A DNA stretch of 64,000 bases from Thermodesulfovibrionales bacterium (GCA_035686305.1 DASRZP010000052.1:9723-73722); one strand, 5' to 3'. Shown: positions 22,001 to 26,951, numbered from the stretch's first letter. A program made the numbers and translations. The notes: generated from the sequence alone by a model not told the origin.

Positions 22001-25000
22001 ACCGATAAAGGCCTGGACGCTGTCATCGGGAGACGGCAATAAGACAGTCTATGTCTGGTATGAAGACAGCTTAGGAGCTTCCAACACGACGCCACACAGC
22101 GCCTCCATAATCCTCGATGCAACTTCGCCCGTATTGACCGTGTCGACCCTGGCAGACGGCAGCTGGACGAGGAACCAGCTATTGAATGTATCGGGCAAAG
22201 CAACGGATGACAACGGCATTCAGCAACTCACCGTCAATGGAACAGTTGTAACGATAGACACCGACGGGACCTTCAGCTATGCGTTGACCCTTCAGGATGT
22301 GCTGAATACAGTCGTCGTGACGGCCACAGACCTGGCAGGGAACCAAACAAAGGATACGAGGACGATCAATCTCGATCGCACGGCGCCTATGATCATCATC
22401 GCGACCCCTCCCGACAACCTGAAGACAAAACAACCGTCTGTCGATATCACCGGAGCTGTGGATGAACAGTCAACGGTTGTCGTAAGCATAAACGGTTCAG
22501 ATCCGGTTCCGGCAGTCATGGACAGCATTGCCTTCACTCTTTCCGTACCCCTGACATACGGCATCAACACAATCGAGGTGACGGCGAAGGACCGAGCGGA
22601 TAACAGATCTACGGAAAAGAGGACAGTCACCTTTGACGACCAGAATCCCTCGCTTTCCGTCACGGAGCCCCCTCAGGACATTGTGACGAACAGAGCAACG
22701 ATCATGATAAAGGGACAAACTTCGGATCTCACGACAGTTGCCGTTACCATAACGACGGACGGAAATGTTTACAAGCCTGACGTAACAAGCGGCCAATTCC
22801 AGGAGTTCGTCACCTTCCCGACGGAAAAGACTTACCAGATATACGTCAGAGGGGTTGATGAAGCCGGCAATGAGACCATAGTGCAAAGGAACGTGATATA
22901 TGATATTAGACCACCTAGTGTCACGATCGATCCCGTAACGAGCCCGATAGACAAGACCAGCCAGACATTGACAGGGACCGTGGAGGCTGGGGCAACCGTG
23001 AACGTCGCGTGTCAAACAGCAAGTGTCGGCGCGGTTAACTATCCTACGCCGACTGCGTGGTCTGTTACAGTGGCGAATATGGCGGAAGGAGACAACAATA
23101 TAACAGTCACTGCTTCCGATGCCGCGGGTAACACTTCCAGTAATATACCGGCATGCATAGTTGTTGACACTTCACCTCCAGTCACGACAATAACCGGCAA
23201 GCCGAATAATCCGACAGACAATACTTCGGCAAGCTTCAGTTTCACGTCAAATGAGGCGGCCTCGACTTTCCAGTGTCAGCTCGATGGCGGGAGCGACTCA
23301 GCCTGCGCAAGTCAGATGAACTACGTGAGTTTGACTGATGGTCCACACACCTTCTCGGTAAAGGCTACGGACGCAGCGGGCAATCAGGAAGTGACGCCTG
23401 CAAACTATGCATGGACGATTGATACCACGCCTCCCGCTTCTTCCATTACAACGCCATCAGGCGGACCGACAATGATGGGGGCAATGATCACGGTTACGGG
23501 CACCGCTTTCGACGCAGGGATCTCGGTCCAGAAAGTGGAGGTGTCGACAGACGGCGGGGCGACATGGAACATCGCAACAGGCGCAACCGCATGGAGTTAC
23601 GGATGGGCCGTCCCTGCGGACGGCATCTACACTATCATGTCACGGGCCACCGATAGCGCGGGCAACGTGGAAGTGCCAGGAACGGGGATCACGGTCATGG
23701 TTTACAAGAGAGAGCCGACAAGCGTTGCGACAAGCGGCAGACAGTTGCTGGTCAATGGGGATCCATTTACTATAAAAGGCGTAGTCTACTCACCAGTGCC
23801 TATAGGAGATGACCCTGAAGCGGCGCCGCCTTATGGAGATTATTTCACGTCCACGAAGAAAAGCATCTATTCGAGAGATCTTCCGCTTCTGAGACAGATG
23901 GGAGCCAATACACTGCGCCTCTGGACATGGGACCGAACGGCCGACCACCATGAGTTTCTGGACAGTGCATATAACGGTGGCGTAACTCCCATTTATATAA
24001 TCGCCGGTTACTGGATTAACCCCGGGTTTGATATCGACCCTCAATCACCGAATAATGTCAGACAGCAGCTTAAGGCGAATTTCAGAGCAATGGTGGCGGC
24101 ACATAAGTACCACCCGGCCATTCTCATGTGGGCAATAGGAAACGACCTGAATGCCGCCTTGATGTATGGAGGAAAATTGAGTAACCTCTTCAGCCTTATC
24201 AACGAGATGGCAGCGGAGGCGCATGCTGAGGAAGGAAGTATGTTCCATCCCGTGACCGTAGCGCTCGCAGACCGCAGTCTCATTTCCACCATTTCCGCTT
24301 ATGACGCTGCCCTTCCGTCAATTGACGTGTGGGGCGCAAACGTGTACCGGGGGAATACTTTCGGCACGCTCTTCAAAGACTTCAAGGCTTCGAGCTCAAA
24401 ACCGCTGGCGATTCTCGAATACGGGATAGATGCCTTTGATAATACCAACGGTGACGAGTATGAAAATATCGGCACTCCCTATCAGGCGACGTATGCTGAG
24501 GCCTTGTGGAATGAGATAAAGGCAAATTCTGATGTTTGTATCGGCGGCTCGATCATGGAATACTCTGATGAGTGGTGGAAAGGGAAGCATTCCACCGACC
24601 CCGGATGCCCTGATAATAACTCTGCGCTCCAGAGTTCTTGCGGCTATGCCATGAGCCCCAGCCCCGACGGGTATGACAATGAGGAATGGTGGGGGATCAT
24701 GCGGACCAAAGCGGGCTCTTCAGGTCAGGACACCACGGAAACGAGGGTTCTCTACTACGCATTGCAGGAGCTCTGGGTACCATCGACCAATGCGCCACAT
24801 GTATCAGTCAGCCCCAATGCTGCGAACTTCGGCGGGTTGGCTGTTGGAGGATCGTCGCAGGCGCAGACACTCTCCATTTCGAATAGGGGGATGGAGGATC
24901 TTGCCATAGGTGCAATCACCATTTCGGGGACGGATGCCTCTGAGTTTATCAGACAGAAGGACTCCTGCTCGGGACATACCCTGATCCCTTCCAAAACCTG

Positions 25001-26339
25001 CACGCTTCAGGTTGTATTCTCACCGACATCGACAGGATCGAAGAGTGCGACACTCTCCATACCTTCGGGTGATCCCGCCACGCCAAGTGTCTCTGTGACA
25101 CTGAGCGGGACGGCTACCGCTTCGATTTCAGGTAGTGTCACATCCGGAGGAAGTCCGCTATCAGGAGTGACGATGACCCTGAGTGGAGGGACATCTGCAA
25201 CAACAACCACCGACTTGTCGGGCAATTATGCGTTTACCGGATTGGTAAATGGCAGCTACACCGTGACGCCAAGCAAGACGGATTATACCTTCACCCCGAC
25301 AAGCAGTTCGCTGAACATGAGCGGCGGAAACGTAACGGGGCGGAACTTTACAGGGACAATGCTCACATTCACTATCACTCCGTCAGCAGGTACCGGAGGA
25401 GCCATAAGCCCATGGACTCCCCAAACAGTAAGTTACAATGAGACTGTATCATTCATAGTTACGGCGAATGCGGGTTATCATGTTGTGAGTGTGTCTGTGG
25501 ATGGTGTCTCACAGGGACCTCTCTCTTCCTACACATTCACGAATGTTACGGCAAACCATACGATCAGTGCAACCTTTGCGAGGAACTTTGGTGTTTTTGG
25601 CGTCACGGGTGTGAATATTTCCGCAGGATATGTGGACAGTTATGATTCCTCGAAGGGCTCCTATAGCGGAGTGCACGGATTGAACGGATCCGTCGGGACG
25701 AATTCGGTCGCAAATGGTGCGATCAATCTGAGTGGTGGGGCATTGGTCTATGGAGATGTGCTCGTCGGTCCAGGAGGGAATCAAACGAAAGCCATAGTCA
25801 CAAGCGGCGGCTCTATAATCTATGGTTCCAAAGGCGCCCTGAACTCTGCCAAGAGTATGACGCCGGTGACGGACCCTGGAGGAGGAACATCAACGAGTTT
25901 TACAAACGGTGCAACGCTGACGTCAGGAACATACCGGGTGAGCGCGATCAATCTCAGCGGAAGTGGCATGGGCGCCATTAACGGCAATGTGACGCTGTAC
26001 GTGACGGGCAACATGACGGTTTCAGGAAGTGCGCAGATAGTAATTCCACAGGGCAGTTCGTTGACCCTTTATGTCAGCGGCAGCATAAGTGTAAGTGGCG
26101 GAGGGATAGTGAACAAGAATCTTAACCCCCACACCCTTACCATTTATGGGACTTCGACCTGCACAAGCGCAAGTTATTCGGGAGGCAGCGCCTTTTATGG
26201 CGTAATCTACACACCGAAGGCCAATACCTCGATATCGGGAGGCAGCAGCATTTACGGCTCCATAATCGGTGGCTCCATTACCATATCCGGCGGTTCCGCC
26301 GTGCACTACGATGAAAGCCTGGGGGATATAGGAAGATGA
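7059..26339 (+). CDS. Giant (6,426 aa) exported mosaic surface protein
   Basis: A single stop-free frame of 19,281 nt. GGAGCGAGGA precedes the ATG. Sec-type signal peptide (...LSPFILSASSA/QD). Recognisable domain motifs run along the whole length (see the sub-features). All opposite-strand ORFs in this span are much shorter shadow ORFs. Confidence 0.92.
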   Translation: MTQYRAKLIRNIYAYILSALVLSPFILSASSAQDFTAKTIGDYGNVTVMEVMGNYDSDNPDGSTNHNPRAAIAKEFFHTHQDEYDFLVIFSNFDFKMPEAEAKAFYLGVKNDTHGIGAQLFDNTAFFGSKGKLQGMIDMGNISNLVTDPRDSKYENTLSTLSHEVLHRWAARVKFRDTAGAVSTSLLGKNGEHWNFLLNTYASLLYGNQWKDNGDGTFTSIAVTKYYSPLDLYLMGFIDKSQVPPMFLIDNSAIDPARMPEVGATISGRLRYITIDDIIAAEGDRIPSSLESQKTFKTAFIFITSPGTFTGDEVYGIENIRNGWITRFSVLTDGKGIMEVASTLQNSIPTNPGIIPPTVTPRPLPLNIEDGVKWLMTNQKTDGSWMELAQTVKRDTAEAVFAIKDFAIAQQNYSLGFQWLSRDESENVDYLSRKLETLVNRGQDASALMNEILSRQNADGGWGSNRDYLSNPLDTALALKAIALAGYSDTTVVSKAITYVRAVQNGDGGWGGEDGVSTVEATADVLTAFSKYRQNNQIEDLITKGVTLLTQRQNPDGGFGNSPSTVYDTALAVMALKGLNASQDSLNNGITYLLNSQSGDGSWNKSPYQTALAIDVAGKVLVDPDLSIKTADITFVPATITSLPANIVVNAVVHNLGMTDIPQATVALYDGAVADANKIGVQTAAFPAQSSVTVTFPLTISDGNQHTFHVVTDPGNIIKEWNKANNVAMVILNLQGTYDFEVLSSGISLSQNPADIFSDVTISEKIRNKGTLNAYNVQVKYYIDDPQSPIDIGTTTIDIPAGASVTNQVTWMANKAGDNMPLTILVDPLNTFTEVSKENNKAVIPLTVRSSMDPNLTVSYKDITITPNPANDGGNAHISAIVANNGFSSASNIKVNFYNGTPGVDGVLIGSQTIPALKAGDSATVVTDWTSISGAGTKIVYVQVDLDNVIKEIKKDDNSAFTTLKVLSLPDLTITSGSIVFSPPAPKDGDIVSITATIRNIGEQGASNVLLTAYEGTSVIGSQTTASIAGDSAATATFSYDTSLKSGPHQITVVVDPNNTITEQSKDNNSASRSFGVQNADLWLTEQYISPNGDGVKDNMQFFFRLNAAQTVKVIVVNKKGEIVRTFSGNDLQNTAASSVTWDGLNDDGMVVDDGQYQITVVNGNGASLGSLNVTVDNNRSPLSDAIGTKYLRNNNLTCMLPDLGCWQWLPDESGSVFLVEWPSSNAPEYPTGFYTMAPDGGDITRLVPKEWTQGLDPTYDYYYENYALSPDGAKIALLLNKVNRQWGSTEGTQLWTVDRDTQDLIQIDSGRSSYGADLKWAPDSQRLVYSFYSQDTYRTDLWLVNKDGAGKIKIDSGLAWIDLQWLSWPDNGRNMVYAYYDLDAKGNYVPRMRASDPSGNRRDISLSPLIRGDIGSADWMTNQKVVLSAYDSNTGDSNLWLIDTTEGGNPKRLTASLNTFSLSPGRNLVAYAEPYRQSRTARLTVADTAANVYYSHDFTSGYCYSAIDQITWSRDGKKVAYIEKGGCGDARQAVPLLMVVDLASLKEVSIALQHPDSMDWLPDGVHIVLGDSNDKIFVVNSETAEVAQIYGSPQGSGSLLASVSPLGDEITYEEPVDPSSACYGRASADLWAISSLMNLTADLRATKDKSAVVLSGTAADLNFESFRIDYADANSPTLWNLISPPSSVPVLDDTFTMWVPPHEGTFLVKLTVSDKAGNVKENIKRVSWGLSTSITNLYKSADIFSPNGDGLKDSVNLSYTVVEPVHLEFTIYDGSDNLVRKIHKDYSAYTLDSMTWDGKDESGKIVADGKYKIKVFSYEFFVEVDTTPPDASVAIRNIRQLLHCDQGSSEMSVNVMGHVFDKNLKNWVIEYGEGDNPQQWYSLQSGSNQVVASDADGKPILNPAQDAVITTFNDDSIGMLVGKTLRIKGEDLAGNRKTVTSRFPEETLYILHVDVEPVFLFDACPGGALNAVTLKSSGTHGIGVLNTIRLPITSMNVQYSYGGQWIDTPAVDNPQPGEISLTWNDSGLHMTKIGGMRIRAVDVLGQEHYSNVVTFTESFGINCDKNGNAYGTNSLFEDLTSLEFQVKSDRSPQYSAWDSRYADWTKYASFDTAKRDRVPRGNFPLPLPYIQAGFHYLIKMIGVGTSETSYAAQGGYPCVQEWGIDLSVGYPEADCGNVSRKASLGATINGAISNASLKTLKYYMDGQDGSVRLLGQFDLTSETYGAVTVDTAAMPEGNYPVRAVLSYLDSDDNTVKEVSAQNSITVDRALPSAKITYPAPSASICAIKISDLSGSWLGIPIEGAISDNISVNKYQLFYGAGTSPIVWTPASTRRGKVGDLMIGYGSRQGRLGVWDVTESVNSGLSADGEFSIRLKVVDEAGNMGCAFQSFSIDRPVEAVLGEDKAVFSPNGDGYFDDVIVSWGLSKAANIDVMVFGLTQERDGSYTLGPTPIRTIASSLRSAGGSNSMSWDGKDDSSGVVPDGPYALMVVANDSCGNTTQKWIRVEVDNTSPTAVISYPNFGGPSGNIIDVRGTADDPHFKGYILEAGQGDNPDTWITVSSNIVPVRDNVLGSWNTFGLNGRWTLRLTATDSIENKNVVMVTVDLTQRKTLVKDLSATPRFFSPNNDGVLDTAAVGYSLTDSCLVEIDMLDAAGSPRKIYAFATPLSGANALSWDGKDSTGTTVPEGVYTVKLHAALSSNPAVVEDESITVIVDTSPPATAVAQPLMNSYFRDDVPVNGTITDANLLEYSVNLTGDGGMAVFDHGNQNRENYAFGVMSGLNEGNYTLGVTATDLAGNKAEKNISFTIDRTAPKVMIAAPSAGELYGTNKNVITVAGSIVERNLDSFSLRYGLGDNPQQWTELLGGNTLPASSPLFTWKVGKSDGIPDGFYTISLFAKDKVELTGEARVKVIVDNNPPDVSITFPPDGGYVTKPVDIRGTAFDPNLDGYTVEFSEARCASAFKWGSLKTSTAAVKDEVLASWQFLPPDGDYCIRLTATDKAGNKSDTKVTVRVDTHPPAPPVLSGTVESGSGSRLTWTKNTEPDLSGYNLYRDGGKLNTAVIKDLSYLDAGLKDGLYVYTVTAVDLAGDESKPSNDVKLRIGLTPPDAKMSSPQDGSRVSGLVDIKGTAYSSTDFKQYRVSVGQGAAPSSWNVLRTSPVPISYGLLAQWSTLGLSEGVYSLKLEAENLAGNVNTQLVSVTVDNTSPAPPVLISAIANGSDVTVTWKADGESDLVGYLLYRNGQIANAKGIVVGDLKPYLLNVAAYLDKGVPDGKFRYHLTAMDQAGNMSGQSNVIEVNIDTHPPHMIIGDPPDGTKFQNKILIIANTADLDIAAVQFQYKKALDSAWTNFGAVLGKAPYSVYLDPAALGLAYGNYNVRAIATDLGGKTDPSPTAITLTYAVLTPPDGPKGLTAHADGSTVTLTWTANTENDLKGYTVYRTSGATTAKAGTVDAPSVTYQDRGLADGFYAYIITATNTSSFESKPSNKADAHVYAPVLGQPYTPTKEKTLKVQGSDAPASSVVEVFNETSQGSASGGMVNADAQGNFTFAAASLTLGENRITVKATDSAGNRSRASDPVVVVSDDPPAAPTGFTASVNAFDVGFAWSANTESNLSGYNLYRNGTKVNADSAIVPSNMTASSSDPYNPPSHAIDGDPGTYWSSPFGNGVFEPLCFEVDLPSPELITHIDLHWGPPWDQAGNLYAGRDFEVQVWSGYAWITQGSVKGNAEKDNSFDFGPSYRTDKIRIAISDTTDAYYSKQVWLSEISILKENPITETQYQDTNLHDGNYNYTLTAVDYYGFESPPSAAQAAVGDVTPPATPQNLIAKATASSVGLIWSPNTEKDLAGYYVYRMTSRGWTKMNSSLLLSATYTDSNLTNGTYTYQVTAEDKTGNESLPSHEASAQVEMAPPQPPQNLKVSTVPAGASLSLSWVYPGGLASSFNVYRGTTQGGPYAKVGASSSGSTSYLDTGLKNGVTYWFVATAVDGVGNESAYSSEARGTPVDTNAPSKPVLSFPALQGVPATLAGGSTEISGSSEPASTVELFRNGIAVAQAVALENDAFQEFPGGDISDVSLSPDGKSLVYCQNSSVWTKNLAAGSPVQIDSQGYNPVWSPDGKTIAYIGYDASGSHIRLYDVNTAVSSPLTGDASLYEYAQSWSQDGSMISFITGDANSQAVRIKDLALGSIIEVAAGDSYGNQKISRDGLSVAYFDSRGLSLFDSVTGQSVLVDSQTDGYSLDWSPDSKRLAYVTTGNGNSDVALVGRETKKVTRLTSLAVDELTPLWSPDGALILFTRYETNGSLSLWIIAADSSGDAMLLKQGLLRLDNPAWAREGAISYIGDQGAVTVAYLRGHFSFDSVKLEPGENSFTASATDRSGNQGPTSDAVSVVYDTSLLPDLVVTEEDITIYPPYPVVGQTGLVTATVRNAATGDGSNVTVNGYLWDSQGNVSLLKSDIISSIPAGSSRSISFNLDTAGRSGEIKIVVAADPTNAIIERDKTNNVAIKKFSVAEKEGIAMSTTLDSDQYTSSRDVKILVDIKNSGIDKDATITTLIEDAGGHQVTLFDKRTLRLPYASSQVYSLLWNSGPTYAGPYRVHTSLTDGTSVIAENIVPFTILPDINLDSSLVTNKTVYGSKEDVLIGVSIKNNGKNYVIPDLKATMKVSDASGNVLFAEDKSIANLLPGALATLSSTWNTGLSLPGDYSASVDIYISDKRILSTSGSFKISGSSVITGSVAVTPAVVIYGNTAEADYAVQNIGNADVSGMSINLLITDLETQTILASHHESFDLLKNGAKSGKATFPTQGYALKTYGAVLQYIHQGTTKTVATTSFAVKDGTPPLVSINSPRAGNSYNAKFDISVTATDDASGVDRVEYQIDKGAWSVLPVSNPSGGRYKTTWAPTSADNGTHSIGFRATDEAGNTSQPFSITITIDVNNAPPTGSVTINNGAAYTTTTAVTLSLNATGTGGGVAKMCLSNTSACTAWEDYAPIKAWTLSSGDGNKTVYVWYEDSLGASNTTPHSASIILDATSPVLTVSTLADGSWTRNQLLNVSGKATDDNGIQQLTVNGTVVTIDTDGTFSYALTLQDVLNTVVVTATDLAGNQTKDTRTINLDRTAPMIIIATPPDNLKTKQPSVDITGAVDEQSTVVVSINGSDPVPAVMDSIAFTLSVPLTYGINTIEVTAKDRADNRSTEKRTVTFDDQNPSLSVTEPPQDIVTNRATIMIKGQTSDLTTVAVTITTDGNVYKPDVTSGQFQEFVTFPTEKTYQIYVRGVDEAGNETIVQRNVIYDIRPPSVTIDPVTSPIDKTSQTLTGTVEAGATVNVACQTASVGAVNYPTPTAWSVTVANMAEGDNNITVTASDAAGNTSSNIPACIVVDTSPPVTTITGKPNNPTDNTSASFSFTSNEAASTFQCQLDGGSDSACASQMNYVSLTDGPHTFSVKATDAAGNQEVTPANYAWTIDTTPPASSITTPSGGPTMMGAMITVTGTAFDAGISVQKVEVSTDGGATWNIATGATAWSYGWAVPADGIYTIMSRATDSAGNVEVPGTGITVMVYKREPTSVATSGRQLLVNGDPFTIKGVVYSPVPIGDDPEAAPPYGDYFTSTKKSIYSRDLPLLRQMGANTLRLWTWDRTADHHEFLDSAYNGGVTPIYIIAGYWINPGFDIDPQSPNNVRQQLKANFRAMVAAHKYHPAILMWAIGNDLNAALMYGGKLSNLFSLINEMAAEAHAEEGSMFHPVTVALADRSLISTISAYDAALPSIDVWGANVYRGNTFGTLFKDFKASSSKPLAILEYGIDAFDNTNGDEYENIGTPYQATYAEALWNEIKANSDVCIGGSIMEYSDEWWKGKHSTDPGCPDNNSALQSSCGYAMSPSPDGYDNEEWWGIMRTKAGSSGQDTTETRVLYYALQELWVPSTNAPHVSVSPNAANFGGLAVGGSSQAQTLSISNRGMEDLAIGAITISGTDASEFIRQKDSCSGHTLIPSKTCTLQVVFSPTSTGSKSATLSIPSGDPATPSVSVTLSGTATASISGSVTSGGSPLSGVTMTLSGGTSATTTTDLSGNYAFTGLVNGSYTVTPSKTDYTFTPTSSSLNMSGGNVTGRNFTGTMLTFTITPSAGTGGAISPWTPQTVSYNETVSFIVTANAGYHVVSVSVDGVSQGPLSSYTFTNVTANHTISATFARNFGVFGVTGVNISAGYVDSYDSSKGSYSGVHGLNGSVGTNSVANGAINLSGGALVYGDVLVGPGGNQTKAIVTSGGSIIYGSKGALNSAKSMTPVTDPGGGTSTSFTNGATLTSGTYRVSAINLSGSGMGAINGNVTLYVTGNMTVSGSAQIVIPQGSSLTLYVSGSISVSGGGIVNKNLNPHTLTIYGTSTCTSASYSGGSAFYGVIYTPKANTSISGGSSIYGSIIGGSITISGGSAVHYDESLGDIGR
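7155..8100 (+). other. Giant protein: N-terminal HExxH zinc-metalloprotease-like domain (approximate bounds)
   Basis: The motif LSHEVLHRW has HEVLH at 7545-7559, followed by GKNGEHWNF...GNQWKDNGDGTFTS. I cannot assign a peptidase family by eye. Confidence 0.5.
8170..8900 (+). other. Giant protein: prenyltransferase/terpenoid-cyclase-like alpha/alpha toroid repeats
   Basis: Five spaced repeats of the Q-x-x-DGGWG type: KTDGSWME, QNADGGWGS, QNGDGGWGG, QNPDGGFGN, QSGDGSWNK. Each is followed by an Ala/Leu-rich helix (DTALALKAIALAG etc.). The region has no Cys, so no CxEQ thioester. Confidence 0.65.
8926..10290 (+). other. Giant protein: four tandem CARDB-type beta-sandwich domains
   Basis: Four ~110-aa repeats start with PDL/DLS-type strands and end in the characteristic NNxA motif (NKANNVA, KENNKAV, KDDNSAF, KDNNSAS). 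A fifth CARDB-like unit lies at about 20225-20570 (DKTNNVAIK). Confidence 0.65.
10590..11960 (+). other. Giant protein: beta-propeller 1 (TolB/PD40-like repeats), approximate bounds
   Basis: Recurrent blade motifs LSPDGAKIALLL, WAPDSQRLVYSF and WSRDGKKVAYIE, with DLWLV / NLWLID strands. Confidence 0.55.
12280..16100 (+). other. Giant protein: array of FlgD-Ig-like modules and a repeated ~100-aa Ig-type module
   Basis: FSPNGDG-type motifs are encoded near 10330, 12297, 14283 and 14928, each followed by WDG(K/L)D...G..V.DG.Y. At least eight copies occur of a module with the pattern D-x-T/S-x-P ... GTA.D.n...Y ... NP..W ... L..W ... DG.Y.L.L.A.D.AGN. Confidence 0.55.
16100..19070 (+). other. 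Giant protein: six FN3-like modules alternating with Ig-type modules
   Basis: Six occurrences of the pattern (L/V)xW..N.E.DL.GY.(L/V)YR ... DG.Y.Y.VTAVD..G(N/D)ES.PS: LTWTKNTEPDLSGYNLYRDG, VTWKADGESDLVGYLLYRNG, LTWTANTENDLKGYTVYRTS, FAWSANTESNLSGYNLYRNG, LIWSPNTEKDLAGYYVYRMT, LSWVYPGGLASSFNVYRGT. Confidence 0.6.
17950..18375 (+). other. Giant protein: discoidin (F5/8 type C) domain nested inside the fourth FN3 module
   Basis: The motif SHAIDGDPGTYWSSP...HIDLHWG...KIRIAISD...VWLSEISI sits between the N-terminal half (FAWSANTESNLSGYNLYRNG) and the C-terminal half (DGNYNYTLTAVDYYGFESPPS) of an FN3 unit. Confidence 0.6.
19230..20040 (+). other. Giant protein: beta-propeller 2 (TolB/PD40-like)
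   Basis: Blade motifs LSPDGKSLVY, WSPDGKTIAYIG, WSQDGSMISFI, ISRDGLSVAYF, WSPDSKRLAYV, WSPDGALILFT. Confidence 0.6.
23700..24790 (+). other. Giant protein: clan GH-A-like (beta/alpha)8 glycoside-hydrolase-like domain
   Basis: FTIKGVVYSP...RDLPLLRQMGANTLRLW ... ILMWAIGNDLN (Asn-Asp at 24141-24146, where GH-A enzymes have Asn-Glu) ... LAILEYGID (Glu 24417-24419) ... GGSIMEYSDEWW. From memory, the order and spacing resemble GH72/GH2/GH5-type barrels. Confidence 0.5.
24790..25580 (+). other. Giant protein: choice-of-anchor-D-like module, CarboxypepD_reg-like module and a Listeria-Bacteroides (InlB B-repeat)-like module
   Basis: FGGLAVGGSSQAQTLSISNRGMEDLAIGAITISGTDASEF...CTLQVVFSPTSTGSKSATLSI; then GSVTSGGSPLSGVTMTLSGG...TDLSGNYAFTGLVNGSYTVTP; then FTITPSAGTGGAISP...VTANAGYHVVSVSVDG...YTFTNVTANHTISATF. 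Confidence 0.5.
25581..26339 (+). other. Giant protein: Gly/Ser/Thr-rich, probably beta-helical C-terminal module ending ...ISGGSAVHYDESLGDIGR
   Basis: Repetitive short strands (INLSGGALVYGDVLVG, VTLYVTGNMTVSGSAQIV, LTLYVSGSISVSGGGIV, FYGVIYTPKANTSISGGSSIYGSIIGGSITISGGSAVHYDESL). From memory, this resembles the C-terminal module of PilX-N/TadG-type pilus-associated proteins. Unverified. Confidence 0.4.
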
Positions 26340-26463
26340 CGGACATGAGCTGCTCATTGCGCCTGAAAGGGTAGCAATATCTATAGCATTCTATGTCAGG
26401 AGGATCATCCGCCGGCAGAGAGATGGCTCTTTGGGGTTTTTGCGTTTTTGAATTCAAAGAGAG

Positions 26464-26491
26464 GCCACAAAGTCTTTAAATGCTTTGTGGC
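26464..26491. terminator. Stem-loop between the convergent giant gene and the pilin operon (possible bidirectional terminator)
   Basis: GCCACAAAG (26464-26472) pairs with CTTTGTGGC (26483-26491): a 9-bp perfect stem with a 10-nt loop. Neither side has a clean U-tract. Confidence 0.25.
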
Positions 26492-26522
26492 ATGGGAGGG
26501 AGAGGGATGAGAAGAAAGGAGA

Positions 26523-26951
26523 TCAGAAGGTCCTGTTGTTATTGCAGTCTATCCTGAATACGTCATTGTTCACTCTTGTGCTCGAATTGCCGAAGGCCGA
26601 GGCCCTGAAGCAGGGTGTTTGCGCATTACCGTTGACGTCCTTGTTCTGTTCTATGCAGTAGCTGTAAATCTGTCCGCTGCCCGGCAAAAAGCGCGGCAGC
26701 ACCGCCTGGATCAGTGTGTTATTGGCGGCAGTGTTATCCTTGGCGCAGGTTCCCTGGGAGGCGGTATAATTTCCATTTTCGGCAAAAAACTGTTCTTCGA
26801 GAAGTCTGAGGTTCTGAAGATTCGCGTATGCCTCGTTTCTTGAAGCGCTCTTTTGCTGGCCTATGTAAGCGGGAATAGCAATGACGGCCAAAATACCAAT
26901 GATTGCTATAACAATGATAAGCTCGACCAGTGTAAACCCTCTTTCGTCCAT
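26523..26951 (-). CDS. Type IV pilin-like protein (third gene of the pilin operon; possibly a minor pilin)
   Basis: Class III signal MDERG/FTLVELIIVIAIIGILAVIAIPAY with Phe+1 and Glu+5. Four Cys in the C-terminal half. The ORF is open to 27002, and the start at 26951 is chosen for its short leader; other in-frame ATGs exist. Confidence 0.75.
   Translation of the reverse strand: MDERGFTLVELIIVIAIIGILAVIAIPAYIGQQKSASRNEAYANLQNLRLLEEQFFAENGNYTASQGTCAKDNTAANNTLIQAVLPRFLPGSGQIYSYCIEQNKDVNGNAQTPCFRASAFGNSSTRVNNDVFRIDCNNNRTF

Noticed and set aside
7137-26357. Dozens of opposite-strand and off-frame ORFs inside the giant gene (for example 8538-9311, 9468-10292, 10175-10753, 11277-11843, 16695-17300, 22497-23015).
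   Set aside because: All lie within the uninterrupted 19.3-kb frame, which carries clear domain motifs. Their translations are Arg/Gly/Cys-rich and low in complexity, with no recognisable motifs. That is typical of shadow ORFs in GC-rich coding DNA.
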